Source: Welwitschia mirabilis (lineage: Eukaryota). Taken from it: a stretch of DNA of 64,000 nt. A model generated the notes under the pieces. The model did no database searches. It was given only the letters and a program-made list of their open reading frames with translations, and was not told the origin of the DNA. The stretch's first letter is position 1; every line of letters starts with the position of its first letter. Shown here in pieces: positions 1 to 11,956 of the stretch. Location: the NCBI GenBank assembly GCA_051453625.1, contig JBOZIK010000001.1:29177844-29241843 (forward strand), given 5' to 3'. The position numbers and the translations under genes are program-made.

Positions 1-1466
1 GTTTGAATCATCAAACATGCGTGGACTACTAGTTGAAAATCCATTAGTCAGATTACTCATTTTTAGGGTTATTAAGTCTAGATCTATAAAAATCTCTCAA
101 AGACTAATGTATCCTCTGATGCCAAATGATAAGATCGAGAACCCTAGAGGGGGAGAGTGAATAGGTTCTTTACAAAAACTTTAAGCTCAAAACAGCTTAA
201 CAACATCTAATCATAGATTGTATATAAATGAATAATGAAATCAAGATCATTCATACAAAGAATAAATAAAAACAGAATGTAAACCACAAATAGAAATTAC
301 TAGTTTGGATTCATGCAGGATTTATAGTGGTTTGAGAACTTCTCTACTCCACTCTTGATGATCAGCTTCTCCTAAGCTTGATCTTGGATCTCTATTACTT
401 TACAAGTTTTACCAGGCTCACCTGTTAATCCTTATAAGTGGATTTTTACAGGTTAAGTCTCAACCTTAACAAGGGACTTTTGCAAGCTAAGTCTCAACCT
501 TTAATAACGGACTTTTGTAGGGTAAGTCTCAACCTTTGACAACAAATAGAAGTGATGCAATGAAGCTTCATAGCTCTGATTTTACTTTTCAGTATCAGTA
601 CATAGAATGGAGCTCTTCTCCCAATGAATATAGTGATGAGGTCCTTAGATATGATTCTAAGTGATGTTCTAATTCAATAATATATCTTCTCAATTAGATA
701 TGAATCAGTACAAAAGATATTCCAATGTAATATGCTACTTGATCTTTTAGATTCATAATGAATATGCCAATTTAAAAATATGAAAAAAGGATCTCTAGGT
801 CATTTCTTACCTAGGTATTCATAATGGAGGATTACTAGGGTTTGATACAATTGAATTGCACCTCTAGCGGCTATAAAAAACTAGAAAATGGCTAAGTAAT
901 GAATAGGTAATAGATACATAATGTCTACAAGATTTACTTTTTCTTACCATCTAGTCAACCTCACAAATATTTAGTTAACCTCATAGGAGCTCAGTCGACC
1001 CCATTCTGAGTCCTGTTGACCCCTTATCTCTTGATCTGAAACTATGGATTTTGTTAGCTTCTCAGGTTTAGTCAATCCCATGAACATTTGGTCGATCCCT
1101 TTTCTTTCAGTCTGGGACTTGACTGTCAGCTCCTCAAATCCGGTTGACCTCATGAATATCCAGTCGACCCCATTCCTCTTAGTCTGGAACTATTGGTTCT
1201 TGATATCATAGGTCTGGATGACCCCTTCATAATTCGGTTGATCCCTCTAGTTTCAGTTCATTTTGTTGTGTCTGCTTCAAGTGTAGTGGACTCCTCTAGG
1301 ATTCAGTCAACCCCCACTAGAGATAAACAACTTAGCAATTTCTTTTATGCATTTTGGTCCACATCTTTCACCTATATAACTCAAACTCATCTGCACACAA
1401 TATCAAACAAATTTATACTACACCAAAGGAATTAGTTTGACATTAATTGGCAAATATAATCTAACA
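1..1466 (-). mobile_element. Sirevirus-like Ty1/Copia element: 5' LTR (127-1466), PBS and gag start; internal region continues off the left edge
   Basis: Minus-strand LTR runs TGTTAG...TATCA and is homologous to LTRs at 17195, 35147, 40904 and 60489. PBS TGGCATCAGAG (tRNA-iMet type) at 114-124. ATG at 60 opens MSNLTNGFSTSSPRMFDDSN, resembling the Copia gag GxSxxRPPxFDGxNY start. C-rich U5 end (CCCCCTCTAGGG) and repeated GTCGACCCC motifs fit Sireviruses. Confidence 0.9.
114..124 (-). other. Primer-binding site (tRNA-iMet)
   Basis: Plus ctctgatgcca is minus TGGCATCAGAG, 2 nt inside the LTR end. Confidence 0.85.
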
Positions 1467-4299
1467 CTTTACCTTATGAACTTGTGTACAAAAATGTTTG
1501 TATTTTACCTACTAATGTTCTTATTATTTTACATATTAACTTAATCTTATAGATTAAAAAAATGAAATCTTAAAACTCATTTAGCCCAGATAAAAAATGA
1601 ACTTGTGTCATACATTATCAACTTATTCATAGAACTAAGCTAAGTTTAAACATGATAAAATATTAACTCCTAAAAAGTTTGAACCTAGTAAACTTATTTT
1701 TTAATACAACACTCAAGTATATCCTCTACACAACAAGTTGACCTCTAAATGGTTAAGTCCTTATCTTATAGAAAAAGTACATTCTAATGGCTCTATTAAT
1801 ATTTCTAACTTGACTACTATGGAGATTCAGAAAGTTCATGGATAAAAGTTAAAAATATATGAAAAACATTCTGATGCAACATTAAATATGATAAAAGAAC
1901 TTGTCTTGATGATTTTTCTTAAAGAGAAGTACTTCCTCTCTATCATTCTCTGAGCTTTCTTTTAGCTTATTTCTTTGGTAAACGTTATGATGTTACTTGT
2001 CTTCTATGTTTGATTTATGAAGTTACTATAATTAATACTTATTACTTAGTTATTTTATAGTGATCATATTAGATTTACCTAATATTCATACATTTGTATG
2101 TCTATGAACTTTATTTTAAAGGAATATGCCTTAACTTTTTTATTCTTCTTATTGGTTTAAGATCTCTACTTATTTAAATGTGTTCTTTCTTGTTTTCATC
2201 TCATTTCTTCACCTTCCTCTTTACGAGTGTGTGATCATGTAGTATTCTTTTCAAAAAAAAAATAATAGAGAAAAATAATAAAGATGAACTATTATATCTA
2301 TACTAAATACATGGTCACCATAATGTCCTAATGCATCAAGGTACATTTTCCTAAGAAGGACATTTGACTATGCAGTAGCTATGAGAAATTAACTAGGCAT
2401 TTAATTCATTATGCTTTATAGATCCTTGCTTATTTGATTATGGTTGTACTTCCCTCACCATGTAAAATAAAGTAATAAAGCTTTGAGGCTATGGGATTAG
2501 TAGTACTTTTGGTATTATTCAAGAAAATACTTATTTCCTAGACTTTTATATCCCCATATGATCATTTCAATTTTGAGGATTTGGGTTGTTTTAAGGTTTG
2601 AGCAAATGATTTCATTCCTAGATAGCTTTTGGTATTATCATTCATTAGTTGGGATACTTGATCTTTGATGTCATTATAATCATTGCCTTATCAAGTGAAA
2701 CTTTATGGAGTTAATACATCTTAACATGCATTCTAAATTAGGTAACTTTATGTTTTCTACTAGGTAGTTTGCTAGGTTAGAATTAGGATAGGTACACTAT
2801 CTTCTTCATGTTAATCATGTTTATTTTATTTATATTTTTATTTAAATGTTTTCTTAGTTATTTTTAAATTTTTTTAGTAATTTTTCATCATCTTTATAAC
2901 TTGGTCATTTAGTAGTTCACTTTCTGATTTTTACTAGTGTTGTTCATTCTTAGAAATTGATTTCTTTTTAGCACTTAGTTTTTAGTTTAAATGATGATTC
3001 CTTTACATTTTTAGATGATGTTCTTTGAATCTTTCAAGTTTTCTATATTTTTGATTTTCACCTTAAGTTTAGAAACATTTGTTAAGCTTAATTTGTTATG
3101 CTTCTTTCTACTTGATGCATTTTTCACCACTTTATCTTACTTTAACATCTTCTTATTTCATGATCCTTATTCACCATGAATCTTTACCATTTTCCATCTT
3201 TTAGATTTTATAATGATTCTTTTGATACCTTCATGTTGATATCTTAGCCTATTTTGTTTGATTGATGCTTTAATTTTTTAAAATTTTTTCTCCTCTTGGT
3301 CATCCAAAAGATTAGGTAGATGACAATTTGGGATTCACTGATAGTCATCTTAGGTTTATTACCAGGATGATGTGATCATATGATAGTGTATTAAAATTAC
3401 ATATTAAGCTTCTTTTTCATCATTTTTCTTAATTCTAATTCCTTTTCTTTTCATTCCTTTGAGTACAACTTGTCACGCTAGGGCCTAGTAAGCTTTTTAA
3501 TCTTGTTTTTATTACTTTCATACCCTAATTTATGAGAATTTAATAAATTTGCAAAATCTAGGTATGTTTCTCTCTCTTTTATTATTTTTTATCTTTCTCT
3601 CATTTCTCATCCTTTCACAACATAGTTTGTACATGTATTGAAAATGTTTTTTAAGATCTTTAATTCAAACTTATAGAATTGATTTTTATCATGTATTTTT
3701 TCTAAAATCTACAATTGTGTATTTTATGAGGTATAATTAGGTTTTTAATTTTAAAACTCATTTTCTTATAAACTCTAAGTTGAAATGTAGGGATTCTTAT
3801 AGGCAAAATGATTAGCATGATGAACTCTACATTTTTACTAGATTAGATTTTTGATTTGAGCACTTTGATTTTTGATCTTTTATGAGGTCCACATATTTTA
3901 TTTTTTTTATTTTCTTACATTTATCATGTTTTTTTCCCTATTTTTTCATGATTAGATAATATGGGATGTATTGATTTTCTTTTAGTGAGGAGGATGGGGT
4001 AGAACATATCTTTACAATTTTAACATAAATTATGGGATCACTTATAGGATTACATGAGATACTTTTGAATTCTTTGACATTCTCATGTGTGATATACATG
4101 ACATTTGTGATTGATTAGGTCATGTACATTATGATCTCTCTAGCTAGAGGTAATGATAAGGACATAAGAGTATAATTTGAGCCACTTATCCCCTATGATT
4201 GAGCATATCAAGCCAGTGCATCCACCACCTTACTAGGCCTAATCACTCTTCATTAAGATAGTAGCTATTCAAGTGGAAAGGTACTTTGGTAATTTCATG

Positions 4300-5400
4300 A
4301 GTAGGATCAAGCTAGAGTTGATCAAAGAACCATAGATTTATAGCTAAGATGGATCATGGACACACACGAGGCCTATTATGCCTTAAAGAATAGAGATTTT
4401 TATGAGATAATGTATATAGAGCAGAGGTTAGATACTTGTGATTATAGTATAGATATGATTATTATCAGTATTCACATCCATGAGGTATTCATAATCCTAA
4501 GCCACATAACATTGGTTATAGGGTTAGATCTCCCAGGAATGATACATGTACATTCTCCAGGTAGTACAGAGGAACACCATGTTTATGATGTAGTGTAATA
4601 CATCCCTGTAGATGTGATGAGTGATAGATGAGATGTTTTGTTCATACATTTGATGTCCACCTATCAAATTTTGCATAGAGGATTAATTCATCACATTAGC
4701 TCATCTTTCCATATGGTTATGTGATCATTATGTGTATATATATCTTGGTAGTATTCACACAAGAGAAGAAGATGGATTTACCAACTTTTATTTGGAGAAG
4801 TTTCACAACCATGATTAGTATAAGACATATACAGATGCTAAGATACCTATGCTTACATTTATCTATTTTTCATCTTTTTAGCATTCTTGAGCCTATGGCT
4901 GAGTATTGCTTTATACATTTGTAGATATTAGTCTAATACCTATAGGACATAAGCACACAGATACTAAGAGAGATAGAGAGACATTATGTTTAGAGACATA
5001 CAACTAGTATTACTTTGGATTAGATGTAGGCCCTCTTGGTGGATAGCGTATAGGACATTAGAGAGCAGATGGACTTATGATTCATTAAGCTCTAGTAAAG
5101 GATGATGATTATGGAGCAGAGATTAATCTCAATGAAGTAGGCAGTGTCTAAGTCAGAGCAATAAATTGAGAAGAAGATATCAAAGATGCCTAGCAGAGTT
5201 TTACACATTAAGCATAAGATCACATTTAATATCCCATAGACAGTCTGAGCATAGGAATATGATACAACACATACTATCATAATGGGGTTTGTCAGCATTT
5301 ACCTATATATACTAAGCAGCCTTCCTCTTATCCTCCTACACTAGAACCATCCACCATGTTAGAGTCTATCATTACATAATTTAGGGAGTGATTTATGTTA
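4300..5400 (+). pseudogene. Decayed accessory (env-like / Athila ORF1 / Transposase_32-like) ORF in the Athila 3' region
   Basis: ORF pieces RDFYEIM...IHEVFIILSHITLVIGLDLP and KKMDLPTFIWRSFTTM...LRYLCLHLSIF resemble the EFYxN and LPYxxLITxI motifs of retroelement accessory ORFs. Many stops and frameshifts. Confidence 0.5.
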
Positions 5401-6454
5401 TTATTGTATTATGTATCTCACTGTCATGGATTATACTAAAAAAAATCATGACATATATATAGAGATATATTTTTTTTGAGTTATTATCATGAGGTTTATT
5501 ATTTTTGAGATATTATCTTGTATATCACATACTTAAATTTTTGTATAATTTTCATGATGATGTATTTTTTATACACATGATTATTTTCATTATGTGCTAA
5601 ATATCTGAGTGAAGGGCTAATACATTTTACATATTTTTATTTATTATATTTTTAAAACACTTTTAATAGGATATATTTTACAAAATTAATTTTTCATTTT
5701 ATTGTCCCCTCTCTTGTTTGGATGACAACCAAGATAACAAAATAGTAACTTACTCTGTCCAAGTAAAAATGTTTAGTTACTAATTTTTGACATAAATTCC
5801 TACATTATGAGATTTCTACAATTACTTCTAAGTTTATTTTAGAGTTTTGTAGTTGATTTATGTTTAGTCAATTTGGCTCACACTCATGGTTTTTTGCCTG
5901 GTCTTTGTTAAGGACTAACAAGGCCAAGTGGGAAGTTATGTTGTACTACTAAGTTATGTGTGTATTTAATGGAGTATTTTGAGTAGTTTTATAAGACATT
6001 AGACAAGTTTATGTTAAGTTTTAATAATAATGGAGAGCCAAGGAAAACATCATAAAAACATGTAATATTTATTACATTTGATAGCATTTCAAGAAAATAG
6101 AAATACCTCCTATCTGAAGTAGAAATACTATAATCAAAAAGGCTAATTAAATACAAGAAATAACTTTAAAAACCCCATCATTCGCCTTATCATTTGCATG
6201 ATCTTATGGATAATATTATGGATGACAAAAATAACTATGCTAACTAAGATGCTTACTGAAGTTATTTGGAAGTTGATGTGAATCTTGTATGATATGGCAT
6301 CATCCCCTATATCATTTATATGATAGATAAGATAATACTAAAAAATAACTATTCACTAAGCTACATCAAACATCTTCCATATATCATTCACCTTCTTACA
6401 TGGTTATTAGAGTTTGCATAGCATCAATTAGGTTTCCTTCTTTCCCTTTCTATT

Positions 6455-6535
6455 ATAATAAATCCTCCTTCTTCCTCGATCATAATAAATCCTCCTTCTT
6501 CCTTGATCATAATAAATCCTCCTTCTTCCTCGATC
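6455..6535 (+). repeat. 3 x 27-bp tandem repeat inside the Athila LTR
   Basis: ATAATAAATCCTCCTTCTTCCT(C/T)GATC three times; the copies differ by one CpG>TpG change. Confidence 0.95.
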
Positions 6536-9057
6536 ATTAGATCATCTTCTTTGGTATTAAAAATTCTTATAAATAGAGATTAAAGTGAAAGAGATTAAAA
6601 TGTTAGTTATAAGAAGATGTCTTCCTTAGTATTGAGCTGTGCATCCTTCATTAAAATGTTGTTACTTTATAATAGAATGCTAGTTCGATTCTAATTGAAA
6701 CTTTATTTGTCTTTTCATATCTTTTATTATGTGTATCTTCCTTATGGTTTATATTACTTATGCTTCCATGATAGCTTTATTTTATGATATGAATCATGAG
6801 GAAAGACTTTATTAAAGTTAACATTGATAATTCAGTTGCATTGCATTTTATTTCATACATTAACATTGCATGTATTTATATTTTGTTTGATGTTTCTATT
6901 AACTTAGGTTGGTTTTGGTTTGCTGATGGTTCTCCTTGATTAATAAAGGTTATATAGGGTGAATTTTCATGACAAGTTGATTTGGTAGTTGGATAAACAT
7001 TGCATTTAAAGTAACTATTTATTTCATTTGTATAAGTGCATTAACTACATTATTTTTTTGCATTATTATTCATTTTGTTTCTACTTAAAAGAAAATACAA
7101 AAATATTTCATTTGAAATTAATTCTCTTTCTTTGCACCTAGTGCCTTCAATAGATTATGACATTTGGGCTCACTCCCATCTATATTAGTATGTTATATTT
7201 GTGAAAATATTTATGATTGATAATATTTAATTAAGAACATAAATGATTGCATAAATATGCATTGCAACAGAGAACTTCCTTTTAAGTAATAAAATATATG
7301 AAGAAAAAAATATTCTATTTTAGATGGCTAAATTTTAATTCTTTTAGTGCTAAATAAATGAGGCCTTTAATAATTTTTAAATTAATTTTTTATAATATTC
7401 ATAATGTTATTATAGCATAGAGTTAGAGTGACATGGATGACATAGGTTATATTTTTTTAGTTGTAAAATTTTTAAAAGAAGATACACTAGTATTAATTGT
7501 ATAGAAAAATGAATTCATGATAAAATAACTTATTTGCTTGACTTTTTATATGTTAAAATAATACAAGATCATTACTAGGAAACTACTAGCTAACAATGCA
7601 ATAAGTGTGGGATCATTCTTAACTTTTATAAATTCTTATAGAAGGTTTCTATGTGGATTCAACCATGTAATAAAAGTAACTACAAATGCAAATAGAAAAA
7701 TAAATTAAAAAATATTTCAATAAAGAAGAAGGAAGATATAAAATTTTAATAATTAAACAAAAGATCATACCAAGGTTCTATGTTAGCACTAGTAAACTTT
7801 AATAATCTTTTCAATGTTAATGGCAATGTAAGTAGTGAAGACACTAGTAAAATTCCATTATAAGAAAGAGGAAAATTACATATTGCATTAAAGTATTAAA
7901 TAAAAGTATGCATAAGTATTTTAGTAAAGTGCAAGAACCACATATAACTAACCAAACTAAACAATAAAATCAAGGCTGGAAGTCTCCATGACTATGCTTT
8001 ATGCTATATTATTTCCATAGATGCTACCGAAATTTTGTTAGATAACCATGGTATTATGAAAGATATATCATAATCACTTGGAAAAAATTCATAAGAATAA
8101 TGGCCACTTAGAGGAATACTTACAATTTTTAGTATGCAAGATAAAGCATGTAGTTTCGTCCATGTAAAAGAGAAATAAGATATGTCTTGCATGCTTAAAA
8201 TAGAATAAGCATTATCAGAAATCTAGACGATTCATAAAGGAATAATAGTCTTACCTATACTAATTTGAAATTATAATCAAACATCTATTTTGACAAATGT
8301 TTAAACATTATTAAAGGATTTATCAATGATGCATTTCTTATCAAATTGACTTTATTTCAAGGATAATCCTTTTTATTCATATAGTTTGAAAAATGAATTT
8401 ATAAGAATAAGAAGAATTTAAAACAAATACTAAAGACCTTTTATGAAAAGAAGTGTTAAGAGAAAGCATAAGCTCAACTACTATACTAGTAATATAGGCA
8501 CTTAATAAAGATAGAAAAGGATTGCAACATGTGCATAAATTCTAAAGTAATAAATTATGTTATACTGAGATATCATTTTTGCATGTCATACATGGATGAT
8601 ATCTTAAATATCTTAATAATGGCATCTTTGTTTAATACAATAAATTTAGGGAATGAATATCATTAAATCCACATTAGAAAGGAAGATGAATAGAATATTA
8701 TTTTTCAAATACATAGTAAATATATAAATGGATGACTATTTTATAAGAGATGAGAAATACTCCAAGATCATTCATGAGGTGAATGAATAAGGTACCATAT
8801 TTGTTATAATATTTTAGCATTTAATTAAACCTATACAAAAATAGATAATTTTTCCTTGGTTTTAGAACTACAAAAATAAAATATCTTATTAATAAATGTA
8901 GTGAAATACAAATTCATGAAGGAAGAAATCATTTTTTTGGACTTCATTATGTTAAAAAGTGAAAGTTCATTTAAAGAAGATAAAATTAGTACTTCATGAG
9001 TAGAATGAAATAAATGTAATATCATTGAAGAATTGTATAAGTTTTATAAGAGATATG

Positions 9058-9112
9058 ATATATATATATATGTATGTATATATACATATATGTATATATA
9101 TATATATATATA
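9058..9112. repeat. (TA)n microsatellite abutting an assembly gap
   Basis: Interrupted TA run directly followed by N. Confidence 0.95.
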
Positions 9113-10009
9113 NNNNNNNNNNNNNNNNNNNNNNNNNNNNNNNNNNNNNNNNNNNNNNNNNNNNNNNNNNNNNNNNNNNNNNNNNNNNNNNNNNNNNNNN
9201 NNNNNNNNNNNNNNNNNNNNNNNNNNNNNNNNNNNNNNNNNNNNNNNNNNNNNNNNNNNNNNNNNNNNNNNNNNNNNNNNNNNNNNNNNNNNNNNNNNNN
9301 NNNNNNNNNNNNNNNNNNNNNNNNNNNNNNNNNNNNNNNNNNNNNNNNNNNNNNNNNNNNNNNNNNNNNNNNNNNNNNNNNNNNNNNNNNNNNNNNNNNN
9401 NNNNNNNNNNNNNNNNNNNNNNNNNNNNNNNNNNNNNNNNNNNNNNNNNNNNNNNNNNNNNNNNNNNNNNNNNNNNNNNNNNNNNNNNNNNNNNNNNNNN
9501 NNNNNNNNNNNNNNNNNNNNNNNNNNNNNNNNNNNNNNNNNNNNNNNNNNNNNNNNNNNNNNNNNNNNNNNNNNNNNNNNNNNNNNNNNNNNNNNNNNNN
9601 NNNNNNNNNNNNNNNNNNNNNNNNNNNNNNNNNNNNNNNNNNNNNNNNNNNNNNNNNNNNNNNNNNNNNNNNNNNNNNNNNNNNNNNNNNNNNNNNNNNN
9701 NNNNNNNNNNNNNNNNNNNNNNNNNNNNNNNNNNNNNNNNNNNNNNNNNNNNNNNNNNNNNNNNNNNNNNNNNNNNNNNNNNNNNNNNNNNNNNNNNNNN
9801 NNNNNNNNNNNNNNNNNNNNNNNNNNNNNNNNNNNNNNNNNNNNNNNNNNNNNNNNNNNNNNNNNNNNNNNNNNNNNNNNNNNNNNNNNNNNNNNNNNNN
9901 NNNNNNNNNNNNNNNNNNNNNNNNNNNNNNNNNNNNNNNNNNNNNNNNNNNNNNNNNNNNNNNNNNNNNNNNNNNNNNNNNNNNNNNNNNNNNNNNNNNN
10001 NNNNNNNNN
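9113..10009. other. Assembly gap
   Basis: Run of N. Confidence 1.
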
Positions 10010-10839
10010 AAAAATAAATGAAAGCATACATCAGTATTTTATTTGTTAAAAATAATTTTATGAAAATATATATGAACTGAAAAGGTGACAATCTTATTTT
10101 TTGTGTAAAGAATTCATTTAATATGTAAAGCATGGATCTTTATAATTCATTCAAATGAAACCTAAGCTCTTTTTCCAAATATATCAAATGGACTAAAAGT
10201 TTATAGAAAATTTAATTTTTGCTAAAAATAAAAAGGAAAAACATAACATAATGGCAAATTCACTAGTAGGGGAGATGACAATAGCATACGTAAGCTAGTT
10301 ATCCATATAAGATAAAAAATTATTAACGTCGAGAGGCATATAAGTCTAAACATAATAAAGAAAAGTCATGCTAGAGGAGTAATTGGATATATATTGGCTA
10401 TGATAAAACTACTAGCTTAATTAAAAAGTTTTACTATTATCTAAAATAAGAAGGCCACTTAATAAAATTATAAGGTATGGTAAATATGCTTTATACAAAA
10501 GAGATTAGAATAAATTCTTATTTGGACATGCCACCAATTAAGTTAAAAGCATAATGAAAAGAGATTGATATTGACTTCTTTGGAAGTTAGAAAATGCGAA
10601 AATGACTACATCATAAAAATATATTTGATGGATTATTTAACCCTTGTTTTGGATTTAGGTATTAGGTTCATTATGTATCTTAGTCTAAATTATAATAATA
10701 AATTAATACAAAGATAGATTTCAGTAACATTAATCATTTACAAACTAATGGATAATAAAAGATTGTAAACAAAACTTTCATATATCTATTTTATTTCTTA
10801 ACCCAATAAAGAATTCGTAATCTTGGGAGAAGTCCACTC

Positions 10840-10910
10840 TATTTATCATAGTAGTAAAGTCAAGGACATCTAGAACTTAAGGGTCTCAAGTTCAAGTCCC
10901 CACTTCATGA
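10840..10910 (+). mobile_element. Possible decayed tRNA-derived SINE head
   Basis: A-box-like TATCATAGTAGTAAAG followed about 30 nt later by B-box-like AAGTTCAAGTCCC. Confidence 0.3.
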
Positions 10911-11956
10911 GGTCATATCTCTAGTAGAACCCTAATACTAGTAAAAAAATAAAATTAAAGCTTGCAAAGGCCTAAGTGTTATTAGGTGTTTATTAGTACA
11001 TGCTACCAATTAAACTTGCCCTATAAAATAAATTAAAATAAAATTTCTTGGAAGAACGTTTTATGGTTAATATAACTATTCTTTTAATTAACTTAAAAAT
11101 AGAAATAATGGCATCACATGATTTAAACTAACATATGAAAAATTTCAACAATTTCAAATAATTAAGATATCTTAGAAGATCCATGAAGATTCCCCACTTG
11201 TAGAAGAAGTTATAAAGTTTCATATAAAAGTGAGAAGAATAATAGTCTTTGAAAAATATTAAAATTTATAAAACTATAGTGGATAAACAAATAAGAGAAT
11301 GACTTTCACATGTAGGTAATGGATTTTTAATAATGTGGATATCATAATAAGCTATTTCATTATAGAATATTTTGTATCATTTGAGATGTGCCAAATATGC
11401 ATGTAAATAAGACAACGAAGAATAATTAGAATGAATTGTGAATTTCATCTTGAAAAATAATAGAGGTATATTAAAAATGATCAAGAGACTAAAATAGATG
11501 ATAATAAACAAACATGACAAAATATTAAGTAATGGTACTATTAAAATAATTAAAAATTGCAATGAAGTAGGACATCAAAGATACACAAAAAGATTATTTT
11601 CCAAGACACACTAGTCATAGTTAAGAAACATATAGATGAATTTATATCTTGCAAGATATGCATTGTATAATACAATACTCAAGGATAGGTTACATTTTAT
11701 GGAGGGAGATATACATAAAATACTAAAGTAGGGAAAAAAAAAATACTAAGCAACTTTGCAAAGTACAAATAGATAAATGAGAAATCTCAGTTTTCTACAA
11801 ATAATTTACATATAGAAAAATAAAAACTATTTTAGTTTTATTATGTAACATAGAATCTTTCTGTTTTCCACATTTAATAAAAATGTACAATTTGCTTTTG
11901 GTTTTCCATATATGACATAGCATACTTTTCATTTGAGTTTTCAACTTTTAGTTTCC

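Larger units (their letters stand above)
1467..7269 (+). mobile_element. Athila-like Ty3/Gypsy 3' half: integrase C-terminus, long 3' region with accessory ORF, PPT and 3' LTR (5939-7269)
   Basis: 1470-1870 is a decayed integrase end (KHDKILTPKKFEP...LTSKWLSPYLIEKV...KVHG*KLK) homologous to 51200-51600. PPT-like AAGGCCAAGTGGGAAG precedes TG at 5939. The LTR start and end (AAATATGCATTGCAACA) match the LTR at 57307-58337. Confidence 0.75.
7600..11620 (+). mobile_element. Probable highly decayed Mutator-like (MULE) transposase remnants
   Basis: About 8290-8360 resembles the F.RCF...I.GF...IDGTF region. About 11300-11350 (TFTCR*W) resembles a SWIM finger. About 11550-11590 reads KNCNEVGHQRYT, like a CCHC knuckle. 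The order matches MuDRA. No TIRs seen. Confidence 0.4.

Noticed and set aside
61..70. TTTAGGG telomere-like motif
   Set aside because: It is a single copy in the retroelement leader, also present at about 40838, and is not an array.
8994..10133. Long ORFs of 315-379 aa in the ORF track
   Set aside because: They are artefacts of reading through the N gap and the TA microsatellite.
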